64,000 nucleotides of DNA from Phoronis australis (lineage: Eukaryota; Animalia; Phoronida): the NCBI GenBank assembly GCA_002633005.1, contig NMRA01000512.1, forward strand, positions 190,540-254,539, written 5' to 3'. The notes under the pieces were generated by a model. The model was not told the DNA's origin. It ran no database searches and saw only the letters and a list, made by a program, of their open reading frames with translations. Below are positions 14,705-28,625 of this stretch, piece after piece. Each line of letters starts with the position of its first letter. The stretch's first letter is position 1. The position numbers and the translations under genes were made by a program.

Positions 14705-15081
14705 CTGAAATGGAAATGTTTTATTATGATTATTATTTGTTTGTCAAAGACTTCTAGCATTGCTGAGAATGTGCAAGTTACTTACAATACTGTCCAATGG
14801 AAGTTACCATATATATGTAAGAAGTGGAAAACAAAACGACGCTAGAGTGCAGCGTGAAAACGAAGTTCTGATATTATGAAATATCATCCTCAGGTATTGT
14901 TAGGACGATGCATATCTTAGTGAACACGACAGAAACAAGTTTGAAAACTCTCCTCCGTTCGCAAAACACAACATTAAAATCCCATCAATTCAGGACACAA
15001 CATAGCATACAAGTGAATTCTTGTTTCTAATGTCTTTCCATAAAAGTTTAAGTTTAATCAAATAACTACTTCTTCACTTCT

Positions 15082-15335
15082 CATGCGCGCACCCAGCCCT
15101 TAATATGGGGGGGCTCAAATTTCTGATGATGTGGCCTTTTTACCGACAAAAAAGCCGAAGGACTAAAAAAAACGGGGTACCACGTCAAGAGCTGTGAATT
15201 GTGCTTTTTCAGCTTTTTAGTAGTTTTTGTCTCGTTTTCTCGGTCCTTTTGTTTCTCTGATGTGGAACTTTTTGTCCACTTTGCCAAACGAGGGGGCTTG
15301 TTCGAGCCTACCGAGTCACCCTGGGTGCTCGCATG
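15082..15335. mobile_element. 254-bp MITE, 5-bp TSD
   Basis: TIR CATGCGCGCACCCAG/CTGGGTGCTCGCATG (1 mismatch); CTTCT on both sides. Confidence 0.88.
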
Positions 15336-15493
15336 CTTCTAACTCAACAGTTTTAGAAGTGTTTGAAAAACAGAAAACATGCAATTATTGTAATTATTAT
15401 AGTCCGAAATTTGTAAAATTTTATAGCACACAGGCACATGTTTCCAAATGATGAGCACAGCAGGATTCCAATAGATGGCTATTAATCAATTAC

Positions 15494-15604
15494 CCTCCAC
15501 TTCTGTAAAACTTGAAAGATGAGCCGGACATTGTCTTGTGGAATTTTCGGTGCCACTCTCTGAAGACACTTACATTCTTCCTTGTGTAAAGACCAGGCAG
15601 TTTT
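15494..15604 (-). CDS. SMYD3: SMYD3-like exon 3 (end of MYND)
   Basis: tttacag|KTAWSLHKEECKCLQRVAPKIPQDNVRLIFQVLQKWR|gtaatt; 111 nt. Confidence 0.9.
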
Positions 15605-15999
15605 CTGTAAACAGCGAAAAATCATCCATCATCCAGTTGACTTACTTTACAGAGAAATACATCAATCCAAACTTGCTCCAAATTTTACCAATGTTACAGA
15701 CACCACAGTTCATTTCTAGCAGAATTTGTGTCTCCCTCTATTGGTGCTTCTGGATGACAACTCCAGAGCCTTTAACCATGACACAGGCAGCTCGAATCAG
15801 TTTAGGATAAGATTTTCTTCCTTCACCAAATTGGATAGTAGGTATTTCACACAAAAAGTGGCCACTATGCTACGCAATATTAAGAATTACCGTAAAAATT
15901 GCAGAATTGATAAATATTTTCACATCAACATTAACGATCACTTGACAACAAAACAGCTCTTCGTCAAATGAGAATGCCAGTGTAGCTAGTACCGCAAGA

Positions 16000-17000
16000 C
16001 ACCAGAGCCTCCTAAGGACTCGATTGGAAATTAAGACCTCCTCTGATACTTGCTAAATTTAAAAAGAGACCGTTCATCAACAAAATGTAAGTTTTTGAAC
16101 AGATCTTAAACTGCGGTTCAGTGACATAACACTTCCCAGAAATAGGAACATTTTATTACTGGATATCCATGGTATGACCAAATGATGTTGAAGATTAACA
16201 TTAGTGAAATTTTTCAAACAAAGCAGTAATTCCATCAAGTGACAACTGCAAACTTCAACCTGCTGTACAAGACAAAAGTTACCAGGCAACAAATCGGTTC
16301 CCCTGTCAAGATGGCTAACTTTATAAAGAACAAAAAGTTTTCATCCAAGGCAGGTTTACAGCTGCTTTAAGAGAAAATCCTTCCCTAGACACACAAAAGT
16401 CAAAACAACAAAATACCAAGGGAGTCAGTGCTCAACAAATGGAGTCTGCTAGTCAGTGAAACACAGTCGCCATGTCCCACAAGATGTCACTAGCAGCTGT
16501 ACCAAGCAGGTCAAGTCTTTATAAAGTGATCACTCTGGGTAATTAGACCCACCATGACTTGATACAGGTCTAATGAGATCAGTATGGCCAGTGTTACATA
16601 ATGAGCTTGACTGGTGAAAGGAATATGGTCATAGCTACAGTGATCAGTGCAGGGGGCTAACTGGTTTGGTACTCTCATATGGGGACAGGTAAATTGATAA
16701 CTGCGGGTATTAATAAATCAGGCTCAAGAGGTTTCACCGTAGGCCAAGCTGGTATAGAGATGAGTTGCATGTAGGGTAGTCTACCATCTCAAGCAAGCAA
16801 TGCCCTGTGCAGGTAGCCAAGATGTGTCAGGGAGGGTGCACTTATGGCTTGCAGCACTGTCCTAATCACATCTGAATTAAAACAGAAAATCCAAATTTGA
16901 TGGCAATCGATTGGCTGAAGATGGACTGAAGCATGACCCGTCAGTGCAGCTCAATTACCTTTTCATTGAACAAGAGCAACATGGAGTGTTGATATATTGA
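16000..17000 (-). mobile_element. Very decayed CR1/L2-like LINE fragment
   Basis: Minus-strand remnants GHT-DLI and SDHFI resemble the AP-endonuclease C-terminal motifs; boundaries uncertain. Confidence 0.35.
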
Positions 17001-19379
17001 TATGGGCCCACTGTGTGTATTAGATGTTGATATGGTATATATGGGTCCACTGTGTGTATTAGATGTAACATATATACAAGAGATAATTATTTTATACATA
17101 GTAATAAGTAAAAGGGGCAGTAACAGCAAGCCTAATAACAGTCTCTAGGGACAGCAAGACAATTAGATAGAAATTCTCTCCTCAATAGGAACACCTATCA
17201 CCACAATTCTTCAAGATGTTGGGAGGCAGTCGACAAAGGACACAAAAACAACATAAAGGACATTAGAGGGAGCAATCTAGGTCCAATCCATCTGACACAA
17301 GGCCAGAACTGTTCTACACGATAATGACTTATTTGCCAAATGTCATGCTACACGACAGTGACTTATTTGCCAAATGTCATGAGCACCCATAAAGGAACTT
17401 GGTATACATCAAGGCAAACAGAAAAGAAAAACAAAATTGCCACTATAGGCGAGCCTGCAGCAGTCGAATTTGTCCCAAAATACACCTAAGTTTTATTCTC
17501 CTCAACAGAAACGAGCTTAATTTCATGAAGATCCAACAAGAAAATATACCGAGTCCACAGACAAAAAAATGACACCACAACAGTCAGGCCATTCAAAAAT
17601 CATCGTCAGTCACACATTATCATAATGATCGTTAGTGTTATTTGACCGAACTACTGATGCAAAAAACAGACACAAAAATAATAGGCATGTACACTAGAAA
17701 GCATAAAGTAAATCAAATCCATCCGAATCCTAATTGCCAAAGTTCATGAAAAATAATAGAAAAAAACGATCGAGGCAAACATAAAAAATTAAAATTGCCA
17801 CTAGGGGGCAAGTCCGAAGTCTCACTTCTTCGAAAATTCTCCCATGTCGTCCCAACCATGACAGTAACACGTAAGCCAAAATTCGTGAACATCCATCGTG
17901 GGATTGTGGAGATACAGCCGCGAATGCCGGATGTCGATGAGGGGCAGGGATGGCAGCATAAATGGCAGACCACAAAAGCACAGACCAAGGTGGAATGTAC
18001 TCTGGCACTTTTTCACCATCAAAAGCATCTCACCGGCTACTTTTAATTCACTTCTGGAAGACGTTGCCTTCCTGGATGCATCCATACCCTTTTAGATGTA
18101 ATCTTTAAGGAGCAAATTAACTTCCCACAGTGGATTTAGGGGTGTGCTGTGAAAGGTTAACTTTGGAGTCATCAGAATAGCCACCAGGTGTCACTGTTAC
18201 GTCAGTAATGGCATGTGTTCTGGTATGAATATTTTTGAAAACATTATCTGCTCATCTACTTTAAATGCTTCTTTACCAACAAATGAATTTAGTTTTTCTC
18301 ATTAAGGTAATATCCCTTACCACAATAGAATTTCATTTTCCTTACACCAACTAGGACATCAAACCATCAGCGACTCAATAAAATGCTTCAGTTTATAGAA
18401 ATGGGCCAAACTTAAGATTATACAAGCTCCACTGTGACTTGCAGTTGCCCGCTCAATGAGCAACAAATCAAGTTTAGATAAAGGACAAAAGTTAGTGTTT
18501 GTGACTCAAAAAATGCTCTGGTTAATTAAAGAATTAAATATACACAACATAAATATTGTACACTGAATCTTAAATTTGGTACGGAAGAGTCCTTATACTT
18601 CATGGTGTTGGCAAACCTGCACTGAAAAAAATTGCACTCAGTCTAAGAATGTCGCTGATTACATTCAAAATTCCTCTCACACCATCAAAGTGCAGTACAT
18701 TCAAACTATAAAACAGGATGACATTTAGAATGGCTGTACTAAGGCCTACAGAACTGGCTAACAGCCTGATTGTATCTGCCAAATATAACCTAACACATTC
18801 TTAAACCTTGTGCTCATGGCTTATATAACACAAAGATGGACTAAACCAAATGCCAGCAATACCAAGAGAGGATATTTGTGTGTCGTTGGGCAGACAATCA
18901 CCAGAGTCAGGCCAAGGGTTATTGAACTGATTTGTTTCAATCAAGCCCCAACTAAAGTCTCATCCACAAACAACCTACCCTGGGACCACTTGCACAAGTG
19001 CATCTTATCCCACACAGACACATATCCGATATCTAGAGAAAGGCGGAAGTTGTCGTGTGTGACAATGAATGCCTAACACTAATACGGTACGCAAGACAAA
19101 ACCGTCTGTAAATAACCGCAGCTTATAATTACATTTGCCCTACCCCACTTATGCGGCCCCACAGCGATTACAAGTGGCGCAAGTTCCCCATTATCCCACC
19201 TCAATAGTTGTGCTAGTTAAAATAACATCCAGACAGTACTCAAACCTGGACAACTCTGACAACTGGAAATAACTTGTTCTAGGGTAAGACTGTGGGTGGC
19301 GCTTAAGGTTACAAGAGAGGTGATCCAATCATAGCGGAAACTAGCCTGAGGGTTCATCAAAATGACAATAGTATGGCCA

Positions 19380-19760
19380 GATCAGGGTTCCAACTAAGGT
19401 AACAAAATGATGAGAGGTGGTGAAAACTAGAGTCCCAACTACTAGAAATGATACTAAAACGGACGCCCCAAACAGAGCCTCAATGAGAATCATAACAATA
19501 TACCAAGAGGAGTAGTAGAACCAAGAGTCCCAACTACCAGATAACCAAGACAGGTGGCCAAATCAAAGCCTCAGTCAGGGTAACAATTCCAAGATGGGTG
19601 GTGAAATCAACAGTCCCAACTACCAGAAGTAATACCAGGAGAGGTGGTCCACTCAAATCCTCTATTGGGATAACAATACCATGAGAGATAGCCCACCCAG
19701 AGCCTCAATTGGGACAACAAAAACCAAGAGGAGTGGTGAAATCAGCAGTCCCAATTGATC
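19380..19760. repeat. Degenerate tandem repeat, resuming at ~20920-21040 after an inserted block
   Basis: Recurring agtcccaactaccaga / aataccaagagg / gagcctcaat motifs. Confidence 0.6.
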
Positions 19761-20761
19761 TATCACAAGCTCCGCCCCTTTGCCTAATGTCAGCTAACAA
19801 ACAATAAGTTTAACCCAGCAACATGTTGTTTGTCTGGTAAAATGGCAGCCTGGAAATGAAGGTGTGTCAAGAATGCTGCATTCTGATTGGTCGATTAAAC
19901 TGTCACTCAAAATCTTGGCTATAGGTCAGTTATTAGTGTAACAAGAGTGCCCTGAACACCATTATATAACTGAGTTGTATGCGCCCTCTAGTAGACAAGC
20001 TGTACATTAGGTGTGGAATTTTGAAGTTCCTATATTTTTGGGTCCATTGGACATGACCAAATTTGGCCATGCTTGGTCAGATCCTAGGAAGTAGGGGTCT
20101 AGCCCCTTCAGATTGGTTGAAAATGTGAACCTAAGCTTCGTACGTGTCATACACGAGGAGTCCAGTCGCAGTGCTCAAGAAGTCAGCATCTACTCTCACT
20201 TACACCAAACTCCAACTATTCGTGCAGCTTCCGGGCTCCTCCCAAACTTGGTTGCCAATAGTTACGTCTAGAGCAATTCTAATAGGCTCCTCTTAGAGTC
20301 CCTTTTAATTGCTTTTGAGAAGCTTATTTTGAATGAGCAGCAAACGGGGTCGCGCCGAACGTTACACTGGTTTGCGTGACTTTCCTGTTACCTCCCTTCA
20401 TTAGTAATTCTTTGCAGTATTTCACACCCGCCGTATCCCACTGTGTGTGTCATAAGCTTATACTCTGTGGTGGCATTACTGCGTCATTTTAACTTCACTT
20501 GAAAATGAAACAAGTATGTTTCGAAATATCGCGTGTCTTTTAATTATGTCGCTAGGTCAGTTACTGTATCTATGTTCAGTTGAGAGTAGAGTTTTGTTCC
20601 GAAAGTACGAATGTAGCGGAATAAAGACTGTGAACAATGAAAAGTGTCATGCATTTAACAAATTATAATATTCTTATAATAAACCTTATATATTATTCAC
20701 CAATTTTAGTTTTCAATATCACCCTCTGTCCGTACTGGACTCGTAAAATCGGGGCGCCTTG

Positions 20762-20889
20762 CAAGGCAGGATCCAGGATTTTGAGTTGAGGGGCGGTGCA
20801 GGACAGAGATTTTGCACATCAGACATTGGCACTCCCGTACTACCAAATGGAATCTGGGAGAATTTTAGGGCCCCTAAAATCCGCCACTG
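20762..20889. mobile_element. MITE of the CAG.GGCGGAT family, 5-bp TSD
   Basis: Ends CAAGGCAGGATCCAGG / AAATCCGCCACTG; CCTTG on both sides; relatives at ~38375-38490 and 44464-44528. Confidence 0.7.
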
Positions 20890-21164
20890 CCTTGGTCATA
20901 GTTACCGCGCCCGTTAAACTAGAAATAATACTAAGAGGTGACATATTAAAGACCTCAATAAGCAAAATTACAATACCAAGAGGGTTGTGAAATAAAGAAT
21001 CTCAACAACCAGAAATAATACCAAGAGAAGTGGTCCAGAACGTTTCTCATCTATACCTGTAACAAACCACCATACAGAATGGTAAGCTGAATAACAGGGA
21101 TGGTACATTTGCAATGACAAATGATTCTACATTTGTTGTTAAATGAAAGTCAAATTAACAATCA

Positions 21165-21700
21165 ATTTTATTTATTTATTTATTTTTATTTATCATTGTG
21201 ATATTTAAAATGAGGGTGGCATCTTCAGTGATAGCACTGCTTTCCAAGAGGGCCCTCAATTTTGAAACCCCAAAGCAGATAGCCACCAATCACTTATTTT
21301 TAAAGGCTAGGTTACAAAATTTGTTTGATAACAGAGTTAACCAAAGTTGGTTTCAACAAAGATTAAAATGGATACTGTCTGCAATTTGGCACGGCACTAG
21401 ACTTGCTCACATTTGGCGTGGCACTAGACTTGTCCACATTTAAATCTTCAAGTTTCTGCATACTGGACAAAGTCCTGGAATGTTACTAATAAGACAACCT
21501 GCTTTGAAAGCTGAACTTATAAATGAAACAAGGTTAATTAATCATCCATGCGCCATGCTCTGTGTCAGTGATAAGATGTTCCCGAAGGTTACATGAATCC
21601 TCGACAAATAGCCAGTCTCAAAATCATTTCCACTTTAACCACAAATATTGGAACAGCTTCACAAGGAATTACAATACCGGGGTATGTCTGAAATAAAGGG
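21165..21700 (-). mobile_element. LINE 3'-end fragment with (AATA)n tail; similar plus-strand tail at ~42950-43145
   Basis: gag.gc..c.tggaaagcagtg...ctga....gcc.ccctca motif followed by AATA repeats in both places. Confidence 0.5.
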
Positions 21701-21757
21701 GAGGTCTGTTGTAAAACATGTTTGTGTAATAAGCTCTAAATCATTTTCCGGTGAGCA

Positions 21758-22052
21758 TAGGGGAGTGTTCCACATACCCAAGACAGGCGTGTATGGGGCG
21801 CGTTCCACAGACCCAAGACACGAGTGTAGGGGTGTGTTCTATAGACCCAAGACACGAGTGTAGGGGTGTGTTCCACAGACCCAAGACACGAGTGTAGGGT
21901 GTGCTCCACAGACCCAAGAGATATGTGTAGGGGCATGTTCCACACCTAAGACTTGAGTGTAGGGGCATGTCCACACACCCAAGATATGAGAATATATGAG
22001 TATACTCCACAGACCCAAGACATGTATGTAGGGGCGTGTTCCACAGGCCCAA
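21758..22052. repeat. 34-bp minisatellite (~8 copies)
   Basis: ccacagacccaagacacgagtgtaggggtgtgtt units at 34-bp period. Confidence 0.92.
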
Positions 22053-23204
22053 GGCAAAGCACTTCCAGTGAGAAAGCTTTGCAAAAGGAATGGCAACTCT
22101 GAGTTCAAAATCATAATTCGAATATTCCAACCTCACCAACCAATTACATCAGTGGCCGCCATGTTGTTAAGGTATATTCGAAAGCTCCTGGTATTCCTTG
22201 ATCTAGTTTTTACGTGAATTTCTCATGAGTCAGAACACACCCCAGGACATTTTGTGTGGTAAAAATCATGCTTTACCATGAGTTTCTATGTTATGTTGGT
22301 TATATTCATATTTTCAACATTAGTTCTGCCAATGACTATCTGCAACTTGTCTCGCTTCAAAGAAATCTTAGAAAGGAGATGATCATGCTTTGACAGCAAA
22401 ACTCTCTGTATTAACAATGACCCTTTCACTTGAGACTTGACAGAAAAGTCAAATTTGTAACATACGGTAAATTGAGAACAGAACAATCTTCCTTTAGAAG
22501 TTATTAATATATAGACCCTCGCTTGACTCAATAATTCGATTTTTTTCATTGAATGTGAGGTTTAGAGTAGAATTTACAAATTTCAGTATCAGATATTTCT
22601 AATATTTTTTATTTTGAATTATTAATGATTAGGAACATATGATTATGGCAATTGTTTTGCAGCCGGCATTCTCGACTGAAGATGGCGTTGTTTTTCATTA
22701 CGTACAGCAAATGAACACTAAAACAGTGCTGAGACATAATTCAATTGTAAAAGAAAGACAATTGCCATGTCATTCTCATCACAAATATATTAAATCTGGC
22801 CTGCACACCACCTGTTGGTCACTTTTATGTTATTTCTCACTGAAAATCCATGTCTCTAATAATATAATTGTAGACGAATTGGTTAACCCTCTAATTTATT
22901 CCAAAACAAAATAGACAGCCAAGAATTACTAAGAGAATAACTATGAAATTAATAACATTTCACAGAACTTGTGACTAAAATTTTGGAATCATAAATTACC
23001 GCACCAACTAACAAGGAGTCACTCCTATCACAAATAATAACGAGCCAATCACAGTGCATCAAAGAAACTCTTTGTATCAGGGTTATGTGCTTTGCACAAA
23101 GAACCTAGCAAAAAATCAGATATCTCTCACTTTATCGTTCTTGACATGACGACGTGGCATTTTCTCGTTCAGTGACGTTACCAGACCTAGAAAGTTGTGA
23201 GGGT

Positions 23205-23684
23205 CAGGCCTTTATGCAGCGTATGTCCTGGGCGTCCATTTGAATTTAGCACTAATCTGAACGCCCTTGGGCAAGGACGCCCAATGTATCATTTGGACAC
23301 CCACTGTCAATAGGAACCTTTCAAGTTTGGACTCACACATTGTAATGAATACTAGGAAGCCTCTGAAGGCTCACACTGGGGGCTCTTTTTTCAAAGGAGG
23401 AAGAAATATACAATGTATATACATTGTTGCTATTTTGACACTTGATTGACAGCATTGTAAAAGTCTTGTACTACAGTTTTTTTTTAGTAAAAATGCTCAC
23501 AATAGAAGGCTGTTTTATAAACTTTGATGTAAAAACCTTGATCTATGCACTTTTTTGTAAAAAAATCTGTATGTTTGGGGGCATTGCTGGGGGTGGAGGG
23601 TTACGCGTCGGAATCATGGACGCCCTGGAATATTGGGAACCCCATTTTGGACACCCTATTTTCAAAATCCTGGATAAAGACCTG
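23205..23684 (+). mobile_element. hAT-type MITE, 8-bp TSD (copy 1)
   Basis: Ends CAGGCCTTTATGCAG / CTGGATAAAGACCTG; GTGAGGGT on both sides. Confidence 0.9.
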
Positions 23685-24699
23685 GTGAGGGTGTGATTAG
23701 CTTCTTTGTTAACTGCCAAGCAGTCATTTGTCTGGTATGACAACAGGCAAGCCAATATTATCTACCAGGCTTATTACAGACCACTGTGAACACAGTCAAA
23801 CCCAGAGCGCACTGGTATGTTTGGAAAGAATAGATTGTCGTAACTTCTCGGTTGTAGTTGGGCGACTTTGGCGATTCAAAAAATAAACATGATCATCATT
23901 GGACAAGGATTTCAGAAATGCTATTTGTTTATGTTCAAATGTGTTATAACTTAAATTTTTATTTTTAACAGCACAACCAAGCCAGGCTAGATATGATCTT
24001 ATTGGAGATAAGAGCAGTTATGAACAAAAGAGAGTTGACCCTAAAACCAAAAATTCCAGTCGTGTAAGATATTGGCTACAGGGGTCATTTTCCCAACTTG
24101 TTGTTGGGCTATAGAATTGAACAAGTTGGGAGCAACGGGGAAAACGCCGTAATGAGACATACAAACTTGTGCAATACTCCAAACATTAAAAGATGACGAT
24201 CAAGTGAATTCATGTTAAACACGAATGGTGACGACACGTAAAAACAATGTTAAGTTCACCAGTATTTTATAGAATATAATGACCTTCAAAACATTGACAA
24301 TAGAATATGTGTACTTTGTGTTGATGAGAAAACCTCTGGTGTCTGCAGGCAAATTAGTATGCAGTGTCTACACAGAGTAATGGCAATCAACAGGTGACGT
24401 TTCTTAACAACAAAGTAAGACTTTTTCGCTAGTGAAGGTTCAAACTGATAAATGGAACATAAACATCATATGGAAAGATATGAAACATCCACCAAGACCG
24501 TCAAAGTAATTTATCAACTGAAGAATCAAGGTGTAAAAGGATTCAGTTGATCTGGCTCTTGCAAAATCTTTCAATGATCAGTGTGTCCTTCTGTGATAAA
24601 CATGCTACAGTAAAGATGCATGACTCCAGCGCATTTGAATTTCAAACTTTCATGGAAACTAACGAGGCTACAAAGCCACATTAGTTTGAATGCTAGCTC

Positions 24700-25304
24700 C
24701 CCCTACTGTTACTCACCGGACACTCACTACCACTAGCACCTCCTGTTTTCACTCACTTGACACTCACTACCACTAGCGCCTCCTGTTTTCACTCACTTGA
24801 CACTCACTACCACTAGCACCTCCTGTTTTCACTCACTTGACACTCACTACCACTAGCGCCTCCTGTTTTCACTCACTTGACACTCACTACCACTAGCACC
24901 TCCTGTTTTCACTCACTTGACACTCACTACCACTAGCGCCTCCTGTTTTCACTCACTTGACACTCACTACCACTAGCGCCTCCTGTTTTCACTCACTTGA
25001 CACTCACTACCACTAGCGCCTCCTGTTTTCACTCACTTGACACTCACTACCACTAGCGCCTCCTGTTTTCACTCACTTGACACTCACTACCACTAGCGCC
25101 TCCTGTTTTCACTCACTTGACACTCACCTGACACTCGCCACCACTAGCTCCCGCTGTTGCCATTCACCAGATACTCACTACAAGTAGCTCCCTACGTCGT
25201 CATTCACCTGACACTGATTACCACTAGCGCCCCCTGTTGTCACTCACCAGACACTGGTTACCACTAGCGCCCCCTGTTGTCACTCACCTGACACTCACTA
25301 CCAC
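24700..25304. repeat. 40-bp minisatellite (10 near-perfect + ~5 degenerate units) spanning the SMYD3 exon 2 donor
   Basis: cactcactaccactagc(g/a)cctcctgttttcactcacttga, perfect period 24721-25120. Confidence 0.97.
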
Positions 25305-25351
25305 AGTAGCGGACAAAGGTGCACTTGGAACACTTGAGTAGACTTGTACTC
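25288..25351 (-). CDS. SMYD3: SMYD3-like exon 2 (MYND finger)
   Basis: ttacag| ... STSLLKCSKCTFVRYCGSECQ |gtgagt; 64 nt; phase matches exons 1 and 3. Confidence 0.9.
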
Positions 25352-28300
25352 CTGTAACAACAGTAAACACTGTGTAAGGCAGACACAACAACAGCTCACA
25401 GATTCCATGAGTCTTCAAAACACTCGACAAACTTATATCAGGAATTTCTGAAAACAGGTACAGCCACTTATAGGCCCCATGCATCCATATTTAGAATTTT
25501 TACTCCATGAAAGATAAGGTGGCACTGAACAGTTGGGCTGCGGCCGCAGCCTATTTGCACTCCAAAAATATTAAAATCTAGGGGAAGGCCATTCTTGGGG
25601 GCATTTTTAGTTAGCTATTACAAGTAGGCCAAGCAAATGTGGCTTGTTTGTATTTGTGAACATGTTCATAATGAAATTGCTCTGCTATACACTCTTCTTC
25701 AAGATGGTGGCCCCTGTTGCAATTGTGCATTGCTGTGTAGCAACTGAGAAATTGGCAGTGATTTCTGGAAGCTCTCAAACAAGCCAGATTTGCAAAAAAC
25801 TAATTGGTTGACAGAACTTTTGGAGCATATTTTTGGAATCGGTTGGAAATTTGCTTTCAGAATCTAATGTTGGCTTTAGTCAAGCATCAGCATAGAAGTG
25901 ATGGTTTTGGGGTGAAAAGTGACGATTTTGCCTTTTTTGCCCCTATCTTTCTTAGTCTAGCTTGGTTTTCAGTAGCAGTGAAAGAGTCAAAAATACAAGA
26001 GAAAAAAGTTTCAGTGCTCATCTGTAGGGCTTGTGATGTGAAATGACTAAAAACTTTTCTTTCTTTGCATGCAGTTTTTGACAAAGTGAAGTAGGGGTGA
26101 CAAATCCATTGACGTGTGTTCTGAAAGGCAAACCCCCTGTGAGAACTGTTCTGTGCCCCCTAAGTCTGTTACTTTGTTTTACATGTGTTTGATTACATGC
26201 TACAGACCACATTATTTATCCATAGACATAAAATTAACACACAACATGGGTTTCTTTAGTAGCTCGATGCCTGGTGTTTTTGGAAGAAATCAGAAGTAAG
26301 ATGGCGCTGTGGTAGCAATTTTTCTTTATTTTTCACTTTGCAAACACAAAATATGTCTGTTGTCCTGCAGGGATTTTCTGAAATTCGTTGTGTGGATGAA
26401 TTTCGTAAAACTCTACCCGTAGAATACCATCAGGAGTTCATCAATTGTTTCAGTGGCACTATTCACCAGATGCTAACTTATGTTTAGTGTGTTGTGCGAC
26501 TTTATGGTGTAGGATCACAGGCAAATGTCCTTAAATTATGGAAGTCCTCAGACCAATGCGATAGTTCACCACAAATAGGCAACCTTGTAGATTCCCACAT
26601 GACACCAAAGAAGGCAGCTGCTTAGATTTTTTATTTGTCTATGGCAGCAGCAGTCAGTCACTTCAATCTGAGACTACCTTCTAGTTTTAAGCGATTTGTC
26701 CCCTTGTTTGTTGAAAAGGTTATGACCTCACCATCAGCTATTTGAGAGATCAAGAGATTGCCACCAGGTGTCATAAGCTAAAACTTAGGGATCTCAGCCT
26801 GCCCAAACAAGAATACCTCGGCAGTATTATACTCATCTCAACTTACACCTCAGAAGTGCTGTACTCACATTCTCAAGATACATGTCAATACAGGGTGGTC
26901 AGGGTTCAGTAGGTACTTTCTGTTCCAGTGATGTGAACACATACTCATAATTACAACCAGTTCCCACTCTAGGAAGACGCTTGAGTAAACACTGTTCTAT
27001 ACTCCTCAATGGTCAATGTCTGTGGTCAGACAAGGTGGCCAGTTGGTCAGTGAGTATGGTCTCCACTGAAGGATACTGCTGCTGCTTGATGCTTCCTTAA
27101 CAACAGTTCCATGTGTTGTACATTTAATGCTACTAGGAACTGGGGTAGTTTCACTACATAAAGTTTCGCAGGAAAGTAAGCTGTCATACAATTGGGCTTG
27201 AGCCGCTGTTTGGGCATGGACAAAAAGGGATGGCTTATTGGGTCTAGGGCTATTAAGAATGCTTCTAAGAATGCTTCTCCTTTGGAATTGTCAACCTACC
27301 CCCCCCCCCCCCTCAGTTACATTCTTCTTCAGCAGTAACTGTTTCGATCTAAAGAANCCCCCCCCCCCCCTCCCCCATGAAGATACCACACAAAACTCGT
27401 TTATATGGTGTTTTTGGATACCAGTCGTCAGAAAATTTTCGAACATACAACTCAAGAAAGGAAGACCTAGAGAAAAACAAATGTGTCACTTCCGATAGCT
27501 TTTTGATGATCTATCCAAAAAAAAATCAGAAATTCTAACCACAAAGAGCAGACGCAAATGAAAAAACAACAAATGGCCAACCAAAAACAAAAGCTTTCGA
27601 GCTATTCATGAAACATAAGTTACATGTAAATTTTACATTGATCCAATAACAATTGCGATCTGTAGTTTGCGAACAAAAAAAAGACAAACACACAAAAACA
27701 TTTTATGACAAAGCAACATACTTTGAGCAATTTAATTTCACCAAGTAATAAAGTTCACTTGTTGGCAACAATGGTGTGCCCTAAACTGGAGACATTTTAT
27801 GGTACTCGCTGAAATATGACCCTGCACAGGCATCGGAAAACTTTTTTAACATTTTAACATTTATAGCCAACCTTTAATTGATACTGAAATGCTAAAAGAT
27901 CCTCTGGCCAACAAAAATCATTAATTTCATACCTGAACATACCACAGAGTACACTACAAGCACTGATGCATGACAAGGATCTTGGGGCTGTTATCAGAGA
28001 TACTCAATCAACTGTGAAATGACTAAATGTATGTTATAACTTGGCATTCTACACCCATGATGCACAGAATTCGAAATGTTATCGAACAAGTTTGCATCTT
28101 TCGTTTTTTTTTCCTGATAAGGTCAGTACTTTGGTGTTTAAGGACACTTTGGTAATGGATTTAACTACATATAAAGTGCCAAATTAACAAGATAACTGCT
28201 TTGTCATTGAAGTTATCAGTTAACAATGCCAGTAGTTGTATTAAAAATTTTCAAGTACTTTCTTCAAATATTCACCATTCTACTTTTACTAGGCATGTTT

Positions 28301-28625
28301 CGGTTATTTTCTAAATATGTTCGCAAATCTTCTTGAATACTCAAAAAAGTCCTTACAACAAACATCACCGGAACAACTTTGAAATTTGTAGTCTGTTGTC
28401 ACCATGGTGGGTACATGAGATAACAGCCAACTTAGAAGTTTGTGCATTACATCGTTATTTACCTTCTGAACTGGATACATTGCAGTGTCCACCATAACAG
28501 AGAGGTTAAACTTGACAGGAACTACTGCGGAGAGTTAGAGTGTAAGTAATTGGAGTAAATGCACAGACCTGGCAACAAAAATCCAAAATGCCCAAATTTT
28601 CTTAATAAATGACTGATCTGCGGAT

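Noticed and set aside
24700-25304. CRISPR-like appearance of regular repeats (also 21758-22052)
   Set aside because: Units are contiguous with no unique spacers, there are no cas genes, and the context is eukaryotic intron: these are minisatellites.
25510-27200. Possible decayed transposase-coding region
   Set aside because: Only short open stretches without a nameable motif; cannot be supported without a search.
27290-27380. Paired poly-C runs as G-quadruplex or regulatory element
   Set aside because: Adjacent to an N at 27357; homopolymer and assembly uncertainty make it unreliable.
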